The notes below the pieces were generated by a model. The model was not told the origin of the DNA. It searched no databases and saw only the letters and a program-made list of their open reading frames with translations. Below, in pieces: positions 10,114 through 20,129 of a stretch of DNA of 64,000 nucleotides. A program made the position numbers and the translations under genes. The first letter of the stretch is position 1. Every line of letters starts with the position of its first letter. The stretch is from NCBI GenBank assembly GCA_977020255.1, contig CDROCS010001564.1, positions 1-64,000 on the forward strand. Direction: 5' to 3'. Source of the stretch: Obrimoposthia wandeli (Eukaryota).

Positions 10114-12185
10114 TGACTTCTACTACAAGAGATTTTCTAGTTGAGCTTGGTACTGAAGAGCTACCACCAACACAACTTAAAAAATTATCCGATGCTTTCA
10201 CTCAAGGCATCGTTGCTGGTTTAAAAGAAGCGGGCTTAAACGAAGGCATTGAAGTTGTTTCTTACGCTGCCCCACGTCGTCTTGCGGTTGTGGTTAAAAA
10301 CCTAGCCGAAAAACAAGCAGACCGTGACGAAGTGATCTTTGGCCCACCGGCTAACATCGCGTTTGATGCCGACGGTAATCCGACTAAAGCCGCATTAGGT
10401 TTTGCTAAAAAATCTGGCGCGAGTGTTGAAGATTTAAGCGAAGAAAACGGCAAGTTAAAAATCTCTCGTCGTATTGAAGGCAAGACAACCGCTGAATTAC
10501 TTGCGGGTATTATTCAAGCGTCATTAGAAAAATTACCGATTGCTAAGCGCATGCGTTGGGGTTCTAGCCGCATCGAATTCGTTCGTCCAGTGCAATGGTT
10601 AATCATGTTATTCGGTAACGAAGTTGTTAAAGGTGAAGTACTAGGTTTAGCGGCAGGTAATACCTCTCGCGGACATAGATTCCACGCCAATAAAGAAATT
10701 ACTATTTCTGCACCTGCTGATTACCAACAAGCTTTGCGTGATGCTTATGTGATTGTTGATTACAACGAACGCAAAGAATTGATCCGTGGTCAGGTAGCCG
10801 CCAAAGGCATCGAGATGGGCGGCATCGCCGTTATCGATGAAGATTTATTAGACGAAGTAACTGGCTTAAACGAATGGCCAACAGCCTTAGCTGGCAACTT
10901 CGACGAAGACTTTTTACGCGTTCCTAGTGAAGCGTTAATTTCTTCAATGAAAGAACACCAAAAGTATTTCCACGTTGAAGATGCTAACGGCGAACTAAAA
11001 CCTATTTTCATTACCCTAACGAACATTGAATCGAAAGATCCAAGACAAGTGATTGAAGGTAACGAAAAAGTTATTCGTCCACGTTTAGCCGATGCTGCTT
11101 TCTTCTGGGATACCGATCGTAAAAATACGTTAGAAAGTCGTTATGAAAAATTATCGACCGTTGTTTGGGTTAACAAACTCGGCACACTAAAAGCTAAAAC
11201 TGACCGCATTGAAATATTAGCCGAAAAGATTGCTGCTGCGATCGGTGCTGATACTCAACTTGCACAACGTGCGGCGAAACTTTGTAAGACTGATTTATTA
11301 ACCGACATGGTTTATGAATTTAGTGATCTTCAAGGTATTGCCGGAACGTATTACGCACAAGGCGATGGCGAACATGCTGACGTTTGTGCGGCGATGCAAG
11401 AACAGTACATGCCTGCTTTTGCCGGTGATGAATTACCAACAACTCAAGCCGGTATCTGCGTAGCGCTTGCGGACCGTATTGATAGTTTGGTGGGTTTATT
11501 TGGTCTTGGCCAAATCCCTACGGGTTCAAAAGATCCGTTTGCTCTACGTCGTGCCTCGTTAGGTGTGATGCGTATCTTGGTAGAAAAAGACATCAACATC
11601 GACCTAGGTCAGTTAATCGACTGGGGCATTGAATCGACTTGGGAAACTGAACCTAAGGCTGAAACCAAAGCGACGCTAACGGAATACATGTTAGACCGTT
11701 TCAGTGCTTGGTATAAAGACCAAGGAATTGCCACAGAGGTGTTCCAATCAGTACGTGCTTTAGGCGTGACCAACGCATTAGATATTAACAATCGCGTACA
11801 AGCCGTTAATGCTTTCTCTAGCATGAACGAAGCACAAGCATTAGCAGCCGCTAATAAGCGTGTATCGAACATTCTAGCGAAGAACGGTGGCGACTCAGTT
11901 TCTGCTGAAATCAATGCTGCTCTGTTAAGCGAAGATGCTGAAAAAGTATTAGCCGAACAAGTTGCTGCAAAGCAAACTGAAGTTCAGCCTCTATTAGCCG
12001 ATGCTAAATACAAAGAAGCTTTAGCAGCACTTGCAGACTTACGTGCAGCCGTTGATGCTTTCTTTGATAACGTGATGGTAATGGCCGACGATGAAGCTGT
12101 TAAAACTAACCGTTTAGCGTTATTGAAACAGCTACAAGGTTTGTTTATTGCGATTGCGGATATTTCTTTGCTTCAGCAAGGTTAA
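10113..12185 (+). CDS. glyS: Glycyl-tRNA synthetase beta subunit
   Basis: FLVELGTEELPP, MRWG, TGSKDPFALRR; TAATG coupling to glyQ. Confidence 0.96.
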   Translation: MTSTTRDFLVELGTEELPPTQLKKLSDAFTQGIVAGLKEAGLNEGIEVVSYAAPRRLAVVVKNLAEKQADRDEVIFGPPANIAFDADGNPTKAALGFAKKSGASVEDLSEENGKLKISRRIEGKTTAELLAGIIQASLEKLPIAKRMRWGSSRIEFVRPVQWLIMLFGNEVVKGEVLGLAAGNTSRGHRFHANKEITISAPADYQQALRDAYVIVDYNERKELIRGQVAAKGIEMGGIAVIDEDLLDEVTGLNEWPTALAGNFDEDFLRVPSEALISSMKEHQKYFHVEDANGELKPIFITLTNIESKDPRQVIEGNEKVIRPRLADAAFFWDTDRKNTLESRYEKLSTVVWVNKLGTLKAKTDRIEILAEKIAAAIGADTQLAQRAAKLCKTDLLTDMVYEFSDLQGIAGTYYAQGDGEHADVCAAMQEQYMPAFAGDELPTTQAGICVALADRIDSLVGLFGLGQIPTGSKDPFALRRASLGVMRILVEKDINIDLGQLIDWGIESTWETEPKAETKATLTEYMLDRFSAWYKDQGIATEVFQSVRALGVTNALDINNRVQAVNAFSSMNEAQALAAANKRVSNILAKNGGDSVSAEINAALLSEDAEKVLAEQVAAKQTEVQPLLADAKYKEALAALADLRAAVDAFFDNVMVMADDEAVKTNRLALLKQLQGLFIAIADISLLQQG

Positions 12186-12249
12186 TATTTTTTATTGAAT
12201 TTTAAAAGCGGCAATCTTTCTAGACAGTGTCTGGCAGAATAACTACACA

Positions 12250-13411
12250 TGGACTAAACTCCCTATTTAATTTTCATTTTTACTTTCCCTTATTGCTTGA
12301 TCAAGGTGGTGGAAAAGCTGACTCATCGTCAAACTTACCAATTTCCGCAGCGCTATAGAATTATCGTACAAAACAACCAGCAGTGATTGGATAAAAATTG
12401 AAGACGATCCTGACGATATTTTTGTATTTGAAGCCGAAGGCGATAACAAATATCAAGTCTCTATTGACTGTCCTTTTAACGAATATAAGAAAATTGACTA
12501 CTTTCACCTATGATAAAAATTTTCTCAATTAGATCAACGGTGATGCGAATGCAACAGTTGAAGTGTATTACTATTGATCATATTCCGGATAATATAATCA
12601 GCTACGAACTCTATACACCTTATAGCTTAGACACCTTTATATTTAAACCATGCGGTTTTTTTTGCTTTTTGTATGACCCAGCAAAGGATGCCTCTGCTTT
12701 AAATAGAATCGATCAGGACAAAGAAATTGAAGTGATGGGAGAAGTTTGCTTCGATACTGGTATTTGCCAAATGTACTATAGGAAAGAAAAGTCATTATGA
12801 TCGATTTTAATAATACTCAATACTCTAAAGAGGTTGCTTTGATTTCCTCTCCGCTTAAAGATAATTTCACATTCACTCCATATTATTGTTTTAATGCCGA
12901 ATCCGATTGTATGTATCTTACTACTGGATTCAACGACAATTCTCCTTATGTATTACTCCCAGAAAATTTTCAATCAGAAGATGACGGGTTCTATTATACG
13001 TGACTTGGAGACAACTCATACTATGAGATTCCTCAAAAACTTTCGCCAACTTTTTCTACAGTATCAAAATACAGTGACTTTAATATATCAACAGATGAAA
13101 AAAGATATAGAATTTCCGGTAAATTTCAAAGTTCAAGTAGCTAATAATCGTTCAGGGCTGCCATAACCTTTACAGAATTTATTATGGTTCAATCAAAACT
13201 AAATTACTCTAAAAAATTGTGCATGCAATCTACAACATAGAAAAAACTAATTGGCAATCTTCCTGAACAAGTTACTCGTGAAAATTATGACTCTAGTTAT
13301 TTCAGTTTATTTAAGCCATTACATATTAACGGTGAATTAACTAATAGAATAAATGGCAACCATAAAATTTTTCCTAGATTAACTATTCAAGACTCTAGCT
13401 CCCACGATTAA
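12250..13411 (+). pseudogene. Putative decayed AT-rich gene of unknown function
   Basis: Short overlapping fragments (12510-12800, 12797-13003). The 12797 frame continues to TAA at 13409 with in-frame stops at 13001, 13142, 13145 and 13238. Confidence 0.45.
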
Positions 13412-13452
13412 TTAAATACACCACAAAAAGAAAACGAATAAGCTATTAAATT

Positions 13453-14010
13453 ATGAACAAACTAATTATCCTAGACCGCGACGGCGTAATTAACCAAGAT
13501 TCTGACGACTATGTAAAAAGTCTAGAAGAATGGATTCCACTTGAAGGCAGCTGCGAAGCGATCGCCGATCTTTGCAAAGCAGGTTACACCATTGCAGTTG
13601 CGACCAACCAAAGTGGTTTAGCACGCGGATTTTTTTCTATCGATGACCTTGAAGCCATGCATGGCAGAATGAATGCTTTAGTAGAAGAAGCTGGCGGAGA
13701 AATCGCCACTATCAAATACTGCCCACACGGCCCTGATGATGCATGCGACTGTCGTAAACCATTACCTGGTCTAGTGGATCAAATAGAGAAGGAACTCAAT
13801 GTCAGTGCTGATGGTGCTTTCTTTATTGGTGATTCATTACGGGATTTACAAGCAGGATTATCAAAAGGCTGTAAACCTGTTTTAGTCATGACAGGGAAGG
13901 GCGAGAAGACTTTATTAAAAATGCTAACAACAGACGTTGAAGCTGAAATAAAGCAAGCGCCGGTATATACCGACCTTGCTCATTTTGCCCGCAAGCTACT
14001 AGCAAAATAG
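13453..14010 (+). CDS. gmhB: D,D-heptose 1,7-bisphosphate phosphatase
   Basis: HAD motif LDRDGVIN, TNQSG, CPH...CDCRKP, IGDSLRD. Confidence 0.93.
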   Translation: MNKLIILDRDGVINQDSDDYVKSLEEWIPLEGSCEAIADLCKAGYTIAVATNQSGLARGFFSIDDLEAMHGRMNALVEEAGGEIATIKYCPHGPDDACDCRKPLPGLVDQIEKELNVSADGAFFIGDSLRDLQAGLSKGCKPVLVMTGKGEKTLLKMLTTDVEAEIKQAPVYTDLAHFARKLLAK

Positions 14011-14037
14011 CGCTTACTGAGCGCTTGTTTTTGCGCT

Positions 14038-15366
14038 TTATAAAACCATCGCCGCAACCCAGCCCGCAACTAATAGCGGCAAGTTGAAGTGAATAAAGGT
14101 TGGTATAACGGTATCGCGCATATGGTTATGCTGACCATCAGCATTCAAGCCCGCTGTCGGCCCTAAGGTAGAGTCTGAAGCTGGTGAACCTGCATCTCCT
14201 AATGCACCAGCTGTACCAACCAAAGCAACAATCGCTAATGGGCTGAAGCCTAATTGAATACAAAGCGGAACATAAATCGCTGCAATGATTGGAATAGTAG
14301 AGAAAGAAGATCCAATACCCATCGTTAGCACTAAGCCGACGAACAATAATAAAAGTGCCGCTAACGCTTTATTATCACCCAACCAACCAGAAGCACCATT
14401 GACCAAACTATCGATATGACCGGTGCTTTTTAGTACTTCTGAAAACCCTGACGCTGCAATCATAATAAAACCGATCGATGCCATCATCTTCATGCCATCA
14501 ACCAATACGCCATCAGAATCTTTCCAGCGAATAACACCCGTTGCTGAAAACAGCAAAAACCCTGCCATTGCGCCCAATACCATAGATCCTAAATACAACT
14601 GCACAACAAAGGCTAAAACAATAGCAGCACCCGCAACCCATAACGACTTAGTACTAAATTCTTGATCGGCATGCTCTGTTTTCTCAACTAAAGCCTGATC
14701 GTAGCTACGGGGCTTTCTGTAGGTGTAAAACGCAGCAATGAGTAATCCTACCAGCATTCCCAATGCAGGAATGGCCATCGCCTTAACGACAGATAACCCT
14801 TCAACGGATACACCAGCGCTGGCAACATTTGCTAATAAAATTTCATTCAAATAAATGTTACCAAAGCCAATCGGTAAAAACATATACGGTGTGACTAGGC
14901 CAAAGGTTAATACACAGGCCACCAAACGGCGGTCTAGCTGTAAGCGAGTCATTACTAACAATAGCGGAGGAATTAGAATAGGAATGAATGCAATATGAAT
15001 AGGCACGATGTTTTGTGAACTTACGGCAATAAGCATCAAGCCAACAAGTATGCTGGTACGTAGCCAAAAGGAATCTTGCTGGCTTTGGTCACCCTTACCA
15101 TTAATGCGAGTCAGGATTTTTTGCGCCAATAAATGAGGAAGCCCAGATAAAGATATCGCTACTGCGAATCCACCCAATAGTGCGTAGCTCAAAGCAATGC
15201 CTGCTCCTCCACCGATGCCTGCATTGAATGCTTTCAGCGTAGTATCGATATCCATACCTGCAATCCAGCCGCCGACAAAGGCTGCAATGATCATAGATAG
15301 CATTACATGTAGCCGAGCAATACTCAGTACCAACATTAATATTACGGCGACTAAAACTGCATTCAT
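14038..15366 (-). CDS. YuiF/COG2056-like (Na+/H+ antiporter family) putative amino-acid permease
   Basis: Polytopic membrane protein; MNAVLVAVILMLVLS start, QNIVPIHIAFIP, GIGSSFSTIPI, GDAGSPASDSTLGPT. Confidence 0.75.
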   Translation of the reverse strand: MNAVLVAVILMLVLSIARLHVMLSMIIAAFVGGWIAGMDIDTTLKAFNAGIGGGAGIALSYALLGGFAVAISLSGLPHLLAQKILTRINGKGDQSQQDSFWLRTSILVGLMLIAVSSQNIVPIHIAFIPILIPPLLLVMTRLQLDRRLVACVLTFGLVTPYMFLPIGFGNIYLNEILLANVASAGVSVEGLSVVKAMAIPALGMLVGLLIAAFYTYRKPRSYDQALVEKTEHADQEFSTKSLWVAGAAIVLAFVVQLYLGSMVLGAMAGFLLFSATGVIRWKDSDGVLVDGMKMMASIGFIMIAASGFSEVLKSTGHIDSLVNGASGWLGDNKALAALLLLFVGLVLTMGIGSSFSTIPIIAAIYVPLCIQLGFSPLAIVALVGTAGALGDAGSPASDSTLGPTAGLNADGQHNHMRDTVIPTFIHFNLPLLVAGWVAAMVL

Positions 15367-15629
15367 AAAAACACCCTTCTTTAGGCAAGTGTCGGCTTTA
15401 GATAACAGGCTAAAAGCTGACCAAGTAGATAAGATGCGCGCAAGATAGCATAGCTGTGTGCAGAATGTGAGATTTGAAATTAAGGATATAGATTATAACA
15501 AGTAAATTTTCTCCCTATGCTTGAAAAAATTTAAGATAAATCTCTTTATTGTTAGCCACGTTTTTGTGTGAAAGAGGGCTCTATATACTCTTCTGTGGCT
15601 TTCATCGTATTTGTTCATTTATAACAGCT

Positions 15630-15657
15630 AAAAAAAGGGCCACATAAGTGGCCCTTT
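15630..15657 (-). terminator. Rho-independent terminator of the large lipoprotein gene
   Basis: AAAGGGCCAC-ATAA-GTGGCCCTTT perfect stem with a 7-nt A-run (U-tract on the minus strand). Confidence 0.8.
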
Positions 15658-15680
15658 AAATTTACAACTCTAATTAACGA

Positions 15681-18600
15681 TTAAATATCATCATTAGCGC
15701 CGGTTGCCGTTTGAGTAGCATCCCAATCACTGACTAAACCTGATACTGCAAAGTTATCACCCGCATCATAGGTTCCTGCAGAAGTTGGAATTGTCATTGT
15801 CAAAACAGTACCCGTTGCATTTACTGTACCTGAAGATGCAGCAAAATCAGGTGTTGTTGCAAAAACAGCATCTGTAAACCCTAGAATAGCAGTAACATCT
15901 GCTGCTGATAGAGGGCTAGTATAGGTAGCTATTCGATGAGTAGCAGTCACTATTACTGTAGCTGTCGCAGTACCAGTAGCAACAATTGTATTTGTCATCA
16001 CCGGGTTAATTCCTACTAATAAAGCGTAAGGGATCGTAGCAATGCCATATGCATCATCAGTCCAATTGTTCTCATTTTCATCTTCAATGTCATTGAAAGT
16101 TAAAAGACCACGCATATTAGTACCAGCACCACTAAGAGCAAAAGCAGTCGTTAGAGGTAAGTTATTCCCCCAGGCAAGCTTATCAATAGTCAAAACTGTA
16201 CCAGTACCATCAAGAGAGTAGTTTTCGGCAGATAAATCACCGTTATCAGGGAACACACTCAATGTTGCAGTACCACCAGTGAAGTTAAATACATCACCGT
16301 GTTTAGGTACAACTTTTTCATTAAAGGTAAGTGTTACCGAGTCACCGTCATAAGTACCCGATACAATAAACGGAGGTAATGCATCACGAACAATCACTCG
16401 AGGATTAGTCGCAGCCACTGCTGCATTTGGAGCCGTTGCCGTATCCGTTACACCATCAGTAAAGTCAATTGCAGTGCCATTATCAGCAGCCAATGTGAAT
16501 ACATTGTTTACATCGAACGTCATTAAATCAACATTATGACCATTTCCACGATCGTCTTGTAAAACATCGTTAGCAACGGTCCAGTTAGTCAGCACTGCTG
16601 TGCCAGTGAAAGCTGGGTCTGTTACATGTGCAATATCTTCAGAGAAAGCTACGGCCATAGTACGGCTTGCTGCTGCTGCCATCGCTGCATACGCGGTATT
16701 ATCATACCCTGTCGAAATGTACGGTGCGCCAGTAGTCGCATTAACAGCATTCTTCGCTGTTAGCTCTTTTGCTAAGCTATTATCATCATCTGCAGTTAGA
16801 ACAGTCGCAGTACCATCTGCTGATAAATTATCTAGCAACTGAGCTGTAATGTTCAGGATAGGGGTTTTACCTGTTGCATTACCAGCATTAGCCAATTCAC
16901 CACCATCACCAAACGTTTCACCTGTAACTAGGTAATCACTTGTATCCGTTACACCATAAGAGGTTTGCAAGGTAGTTGTTGGTGGCACTAGATCAGCTAG
17001 AGTTGTAGAAGTTGGGACACCAAAGCCATAACCTAAATCATCAACAGGGATGATCGATACTGCCCAACCCGCTTCAACGTTGTTTAATACTAGGCTTACA
17101 TCATTCGCATCCGATAGTGTGATAGTCGAGCCGTCACTACCTGTTAATACGTTAGAACCATTTGCTTCAACAACATTAGATGTTACCGCGGTAATATCCG
17201 AATAATCCGTCTGATCTGCACCTAGCTCATCCAGCACACTGATTATGTATCCAGAGGCAGAGTTTGGAGTGAAAGTGATAATCGCTTGGTCACCATCAAC
17301 ACCTGCTGCACCACCGCCAATCGCAGCCTGGAGTGCATTCAAACGTGCTGAAGCGTCTGCTGCGCCAATACCGTCATCATCGGTCGCATTCAGATGAGAA
17401 ATCAGAGTATCGCCATCTTTAACATCAGAAAATACTGAGTTATTAGCCGTTAGGGCTTGGTATGTATCAATACCCGTAGTGTCTTCTGTACCTTGCGCTG
17501 AAGTTACTGCGGCTGCACCTTTGTTAATATCAACAAACGTCGACATTTCTAAACGTACGAAGTCACCATTATTCTGGCTTCCACCAGAGATAGTAGCATC
17601 ATAGTTAATTGCACTTGCGTCAGTAAGCTGGTTACCGGCAATATCAGTGAAATCTATCGTTAGTAGGTTAACGTGAACACTTTGACCTTCTGTAATGTCG
17701 GTAGTCAGTGTTAATGTCATGCTTGTACGATCTGCTGATAAGACAACTGTATTAATTACTGCATAAGCACCTGAACCAAATTCATCTTGCTCATACTTAC
17801 CATTACCTGCGTTTGCTCCAGTATCATTCCAAACAAGTACTTCAACTGAGTTTTCAAGCGTTGTTGCATCAACAGAGTCAGCCAAAGGCTCACTGAAATG
17901 GACAACCAGACCTGTGCCTGCTGATGTTAAATCAATATCATCATTAAATAGGCCAGGATTACCGTTTGTAACACTGTCTACACGCGTTACGTATGGTGCA
18001 TCGTTATCGGCATCAGGAATGATACGTTCAAAATTAACCACACCTACTTCAATAGCAGATGTCCAATCTTGGGTTGAGATAGTTGTGTTACTACTTGCTG
18101 TATTTTCTTGTACATCCTGAAGAAGATAGCCAGCTACACGAGGTTTAAGTTCAGATTTGCTTGGTACGTTAGTAAAAGTAAAGCGACCTTCTGAATCGGT
18201 AGTAGTTACTACGTTTCGTACACCATAAGAAATTTCAGTACCATCCATCGCGCCTGATTGAAGTGCTGATTCTTCAGAACTACCATCGTAGTAGGTGCCA
18301 ATCATTTCTAGTGTGACTTCAGTATTAGCTAATGCAACACCGGTATCGTCATCACGTAGAGTACCCGTTACCGTTGCATTTAATGCAGGAAGAACGGCGG
18401 TACCTGCCTGAGCGATAAAGCCATCAATGAAGCTATGGGTATTGATATCTGTTGCACATGTTAACGTACCAGTACTGTTATTAGTACAATCATCATTACC
18501 ACCGTAATCAACAACCGCTGAAGGAGCAGTAACGGTAACCGTTGCGCCTAAATAACCTGCTGGCGGAGTGATGGATACAAGTAGGACTTGGTTTGTTTCA

Positions 18601-18959
18601 CCTAATACATCATTCGTTTCATTACCGTTATTAGAATGAGTGGTATTAACCACAACATCGGTCACAGGAATATTGGTGAACTGGTAAGTACCACCTACAG
18701 TCGTCGTCGTTGTACGACCTGCAATGCTGACTGTTGCTCCAGCGATTGGATTACCTTGGATATCTTGAACATAGCCAGACACGGTACCAATAGGGTTGGC
18801 TACACGCTGATAGTTATTAGATAAGCTAGCTTCAGTCGTTGTCGTTGAGTTCGCGTTTGAACGATCACCATCAACTAAGCAACCTGTTAATAAAGTTGTA
18901 CTTGACACCAATGCAATGGCTGTCGCTAATTTAGCTTTTTGAAAAAATTTATTTTCCAT
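15681..18959 (-). CDS. Large surface lipoprotein with carboxypeptidase-regulatory-like and several Ig-like (SbsA/Big_5-like) domains
   Basis: Lipobox LLTGC after a K-rich N-terminus; GTVSGYVQDIQGNPIAGATVSI and TVTGTLRDDDTGVALANTEV beta-sandwich starts; recurring xxxFSE/FNE Ig motifs; T/D/A/N/G-rich. Confidence 0.7.
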   Translation of the reverse strand: MENKFFQKAKLATAIALVSSTTLLTGCLVDGDRSNANSTTTTEASLSNNYQRVANPIGTVSGYVQDIQGNPIAGATVSIAGRTTTTTVGGTYQFTNIPVTDVVVNTTHSNNGNETNDVLGETNQVLLVSITPPAGYLGATVTVTAPSAVVDYGGNDDCTNNSTGTLTCATDINTHSFIDGFIAQAGTAVLPALNATVTGTLRDDDTGVALANTEVTLEMIGTYYDGSSEESALQSGAMDGTEISYGVRNVVTTTDSEGRFTFTNVPSKSELKPRVAGYLLQDVQENTASSNTTISTQDWTSAIEVGVVNFERIIPDADNDAPYVTRVDSVTNGNPGLFNDDIDLTSAGTGLVVHFSEPLADSVDATTLENSVEVLVWNDTGANAGNGKYEQDEFGSGAYAVINTVVLSADRTSMTLTLTTDITEGQSVHVNLLTIDFTDIAGNQLTDASAINYDATISGGSQNNGDFVRLEMSTFVDINKGAAAVTSAQGTEDTTGIDTYQALTANNSVFSDVKDGDTLISHLNATDDDGIGAADASARLNALQAAIGGGAAGVDGDQAIITFTPNSASGYIISVLDELGADQTDYSDITAVTSNVVEANGSNVLTGSDGSTITLSDANDVSLVLNNVEAGWAVSIIPVDDLGYGFGVPTSTTLADLVPPTTTLQTSYGVTDTSDYLVTGETFGDGGELANAGNATGKTPILNITAQLLDNLSADGTATVLTADDDNSLAKELTAKNAVNATTGAPYISTGYDNTAYAAMAAAASRTMAVAFSEDIAHVTDPAFTGTAVLTNWTVANDVLQDDRGNGHNVDLMTFDVNNVFTLAADNGTAIDFTDGVTDTATAPNAAVAATNPRVIVRDALPPFIVSGTYDGDSVTLTFNEKVVPKHGDVFNFTGGTATLSVFPDNGDLSAENYSLDGTGTVLTIDKLAWGNNLPLTTAFALSGAGTNMRGLLTFNDIEDENENNWTDDAYGIATIPYALLVGINPVMTNTIVATGTATATVIVTATHRIATYTSPLSAADVTAILGFTDAVFATTPDFAASSGTVNATGTVLTMTIPTSAGTYDAGDNFAVSGLVSDWDATQTATGANDDI

Positions 18960-19236
18960 TTGTTCCTTTCCTACTTAGTAGATACGTAATCTACCTAATG
19001 AAATATTTCACTAGACAGCTTAATCAAGAAAGAAAACAAGGAGGAGCCAGGTACGGCAGAAAACGTTCCTTGTTTCACTAGAAATATAAGTCTAGCCTGA
19101 GGAATTCATTTTAAAGTAGTTAGATATTTAGAATTACGAACAAAGTACCAGTGATTATGTTTTGCAACGTGACCCAATTCCACTTTTTTGTGATATTTGC
19201 CATTAATAAATTGATACTAATATCGTACGTATTTTT

Positions 19237-19989
19237 TTAACGATTGCTTAGCAAGAAGCTCCCTCGGCTGAATTTAGAGGCCAACACATGAAAGCCATTT
19301 TTACTGTAGTCATAATGTGCCAACCTTTCTTCAATAGGGCTCTTAGTTGCGAGAGACACTGTGAAGTCACCATTACGGGTCGTATAAGTCAAATATCTGC
19401 TCTCTGTCTTTAAAATTTTCCCCTTAGAAAACTCATACTGAGAACCCCAACGACCATTAAATATATTTTGGTCAAGCCCGGTACCTCTTAATTTCGCAGT
19501 AGATTCCATCACCGTCCAAAGAGAATAAAAATACCGCTTCCTTTTTTCACCTTGAAGAAACACTAATTTTTCAAGCTCCAACGGAGATAAGTACTGCTCA
19601 GAAAAATCAATAAAAGGTCGTTCTCGTACATGCTGTTCAATATCAACGCCGATAGGATTATTCAATGATACGGCCGCTACAACCCGATCTTTACTATGAG
19701 ATATGGATAAATAGACTTGGCCTTCAGGCGGAGGGTTAATCAAGACCGGTGCTGTTCCTAAGCCTTGATCAATCACCCAATACCCTTCAGCTTTCCCAAA
19801 TAAACATGTCAATCCCATGCGTAATAGATAGTGTCCCGCCAGGTATTGTTGCTGCCTTAGGGGTTTATTATAAGCACTAAACAGCTCCTTTTCTGGTTCA
19901 CTTAAGCACTGTTCTGCACGCTCAAAAAAGGCCTGACTCAGACCTGTAAATTGACAGTTAATAATAATGACATGACTCATTAAACTCAT
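19237..19989 (-). CDS. Sfp-type 4'-phosphopantetheinyl transferase
   Basis: YLSISHS, IGVDIE, FYSLWTVMESTAKLRGTGL; divergent from the ACP/KS operon. Confidence 0.85.
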   Translation of the reverse strand: MSLMSHVIIINCQFTGLSQAFFERAEQCLSEPEKELFSAYNKPLRQQQYLAGHYLLRMGLTCLFGKAEGYWVIDQGLGTAPVLINPPPEGQVYLSISHSKDRVVAAVSLNNPIGVDIEQHVRERPFIDFSEQYLSPLELEKLVFLQGEKRKRYFYSLWTVMESTAKLRGTGLDQNIFNGRWGSQYEFSKGKILKTESRYLTYTTRNGDFTVSLATKSPIEERLAHYDYSKNGFHVLASKFSRGSFLLSNR

Positions 19990-20129
19990 GACTCCTAGAT
20001 CGATCGGTCACATATTAGGACTGTGGTTCGATGATTGATAATGCTATTATTGCCGCTTGAAAATAGATTTTATAATAAATAGTTGCCGCATATAGCAATA
20101 ATCCGTTAAAGCAGTGGAAGATTAGGTCG

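Noticed and set aside
20030-20056. Possible Fur box (TGATAATGCTATTATTG) upstream of the PKS operon
   Set aside because: One good half-site, but spacing does not fit 7-1-7 and only about 11/19 positions match; AT-rich chance match is likely
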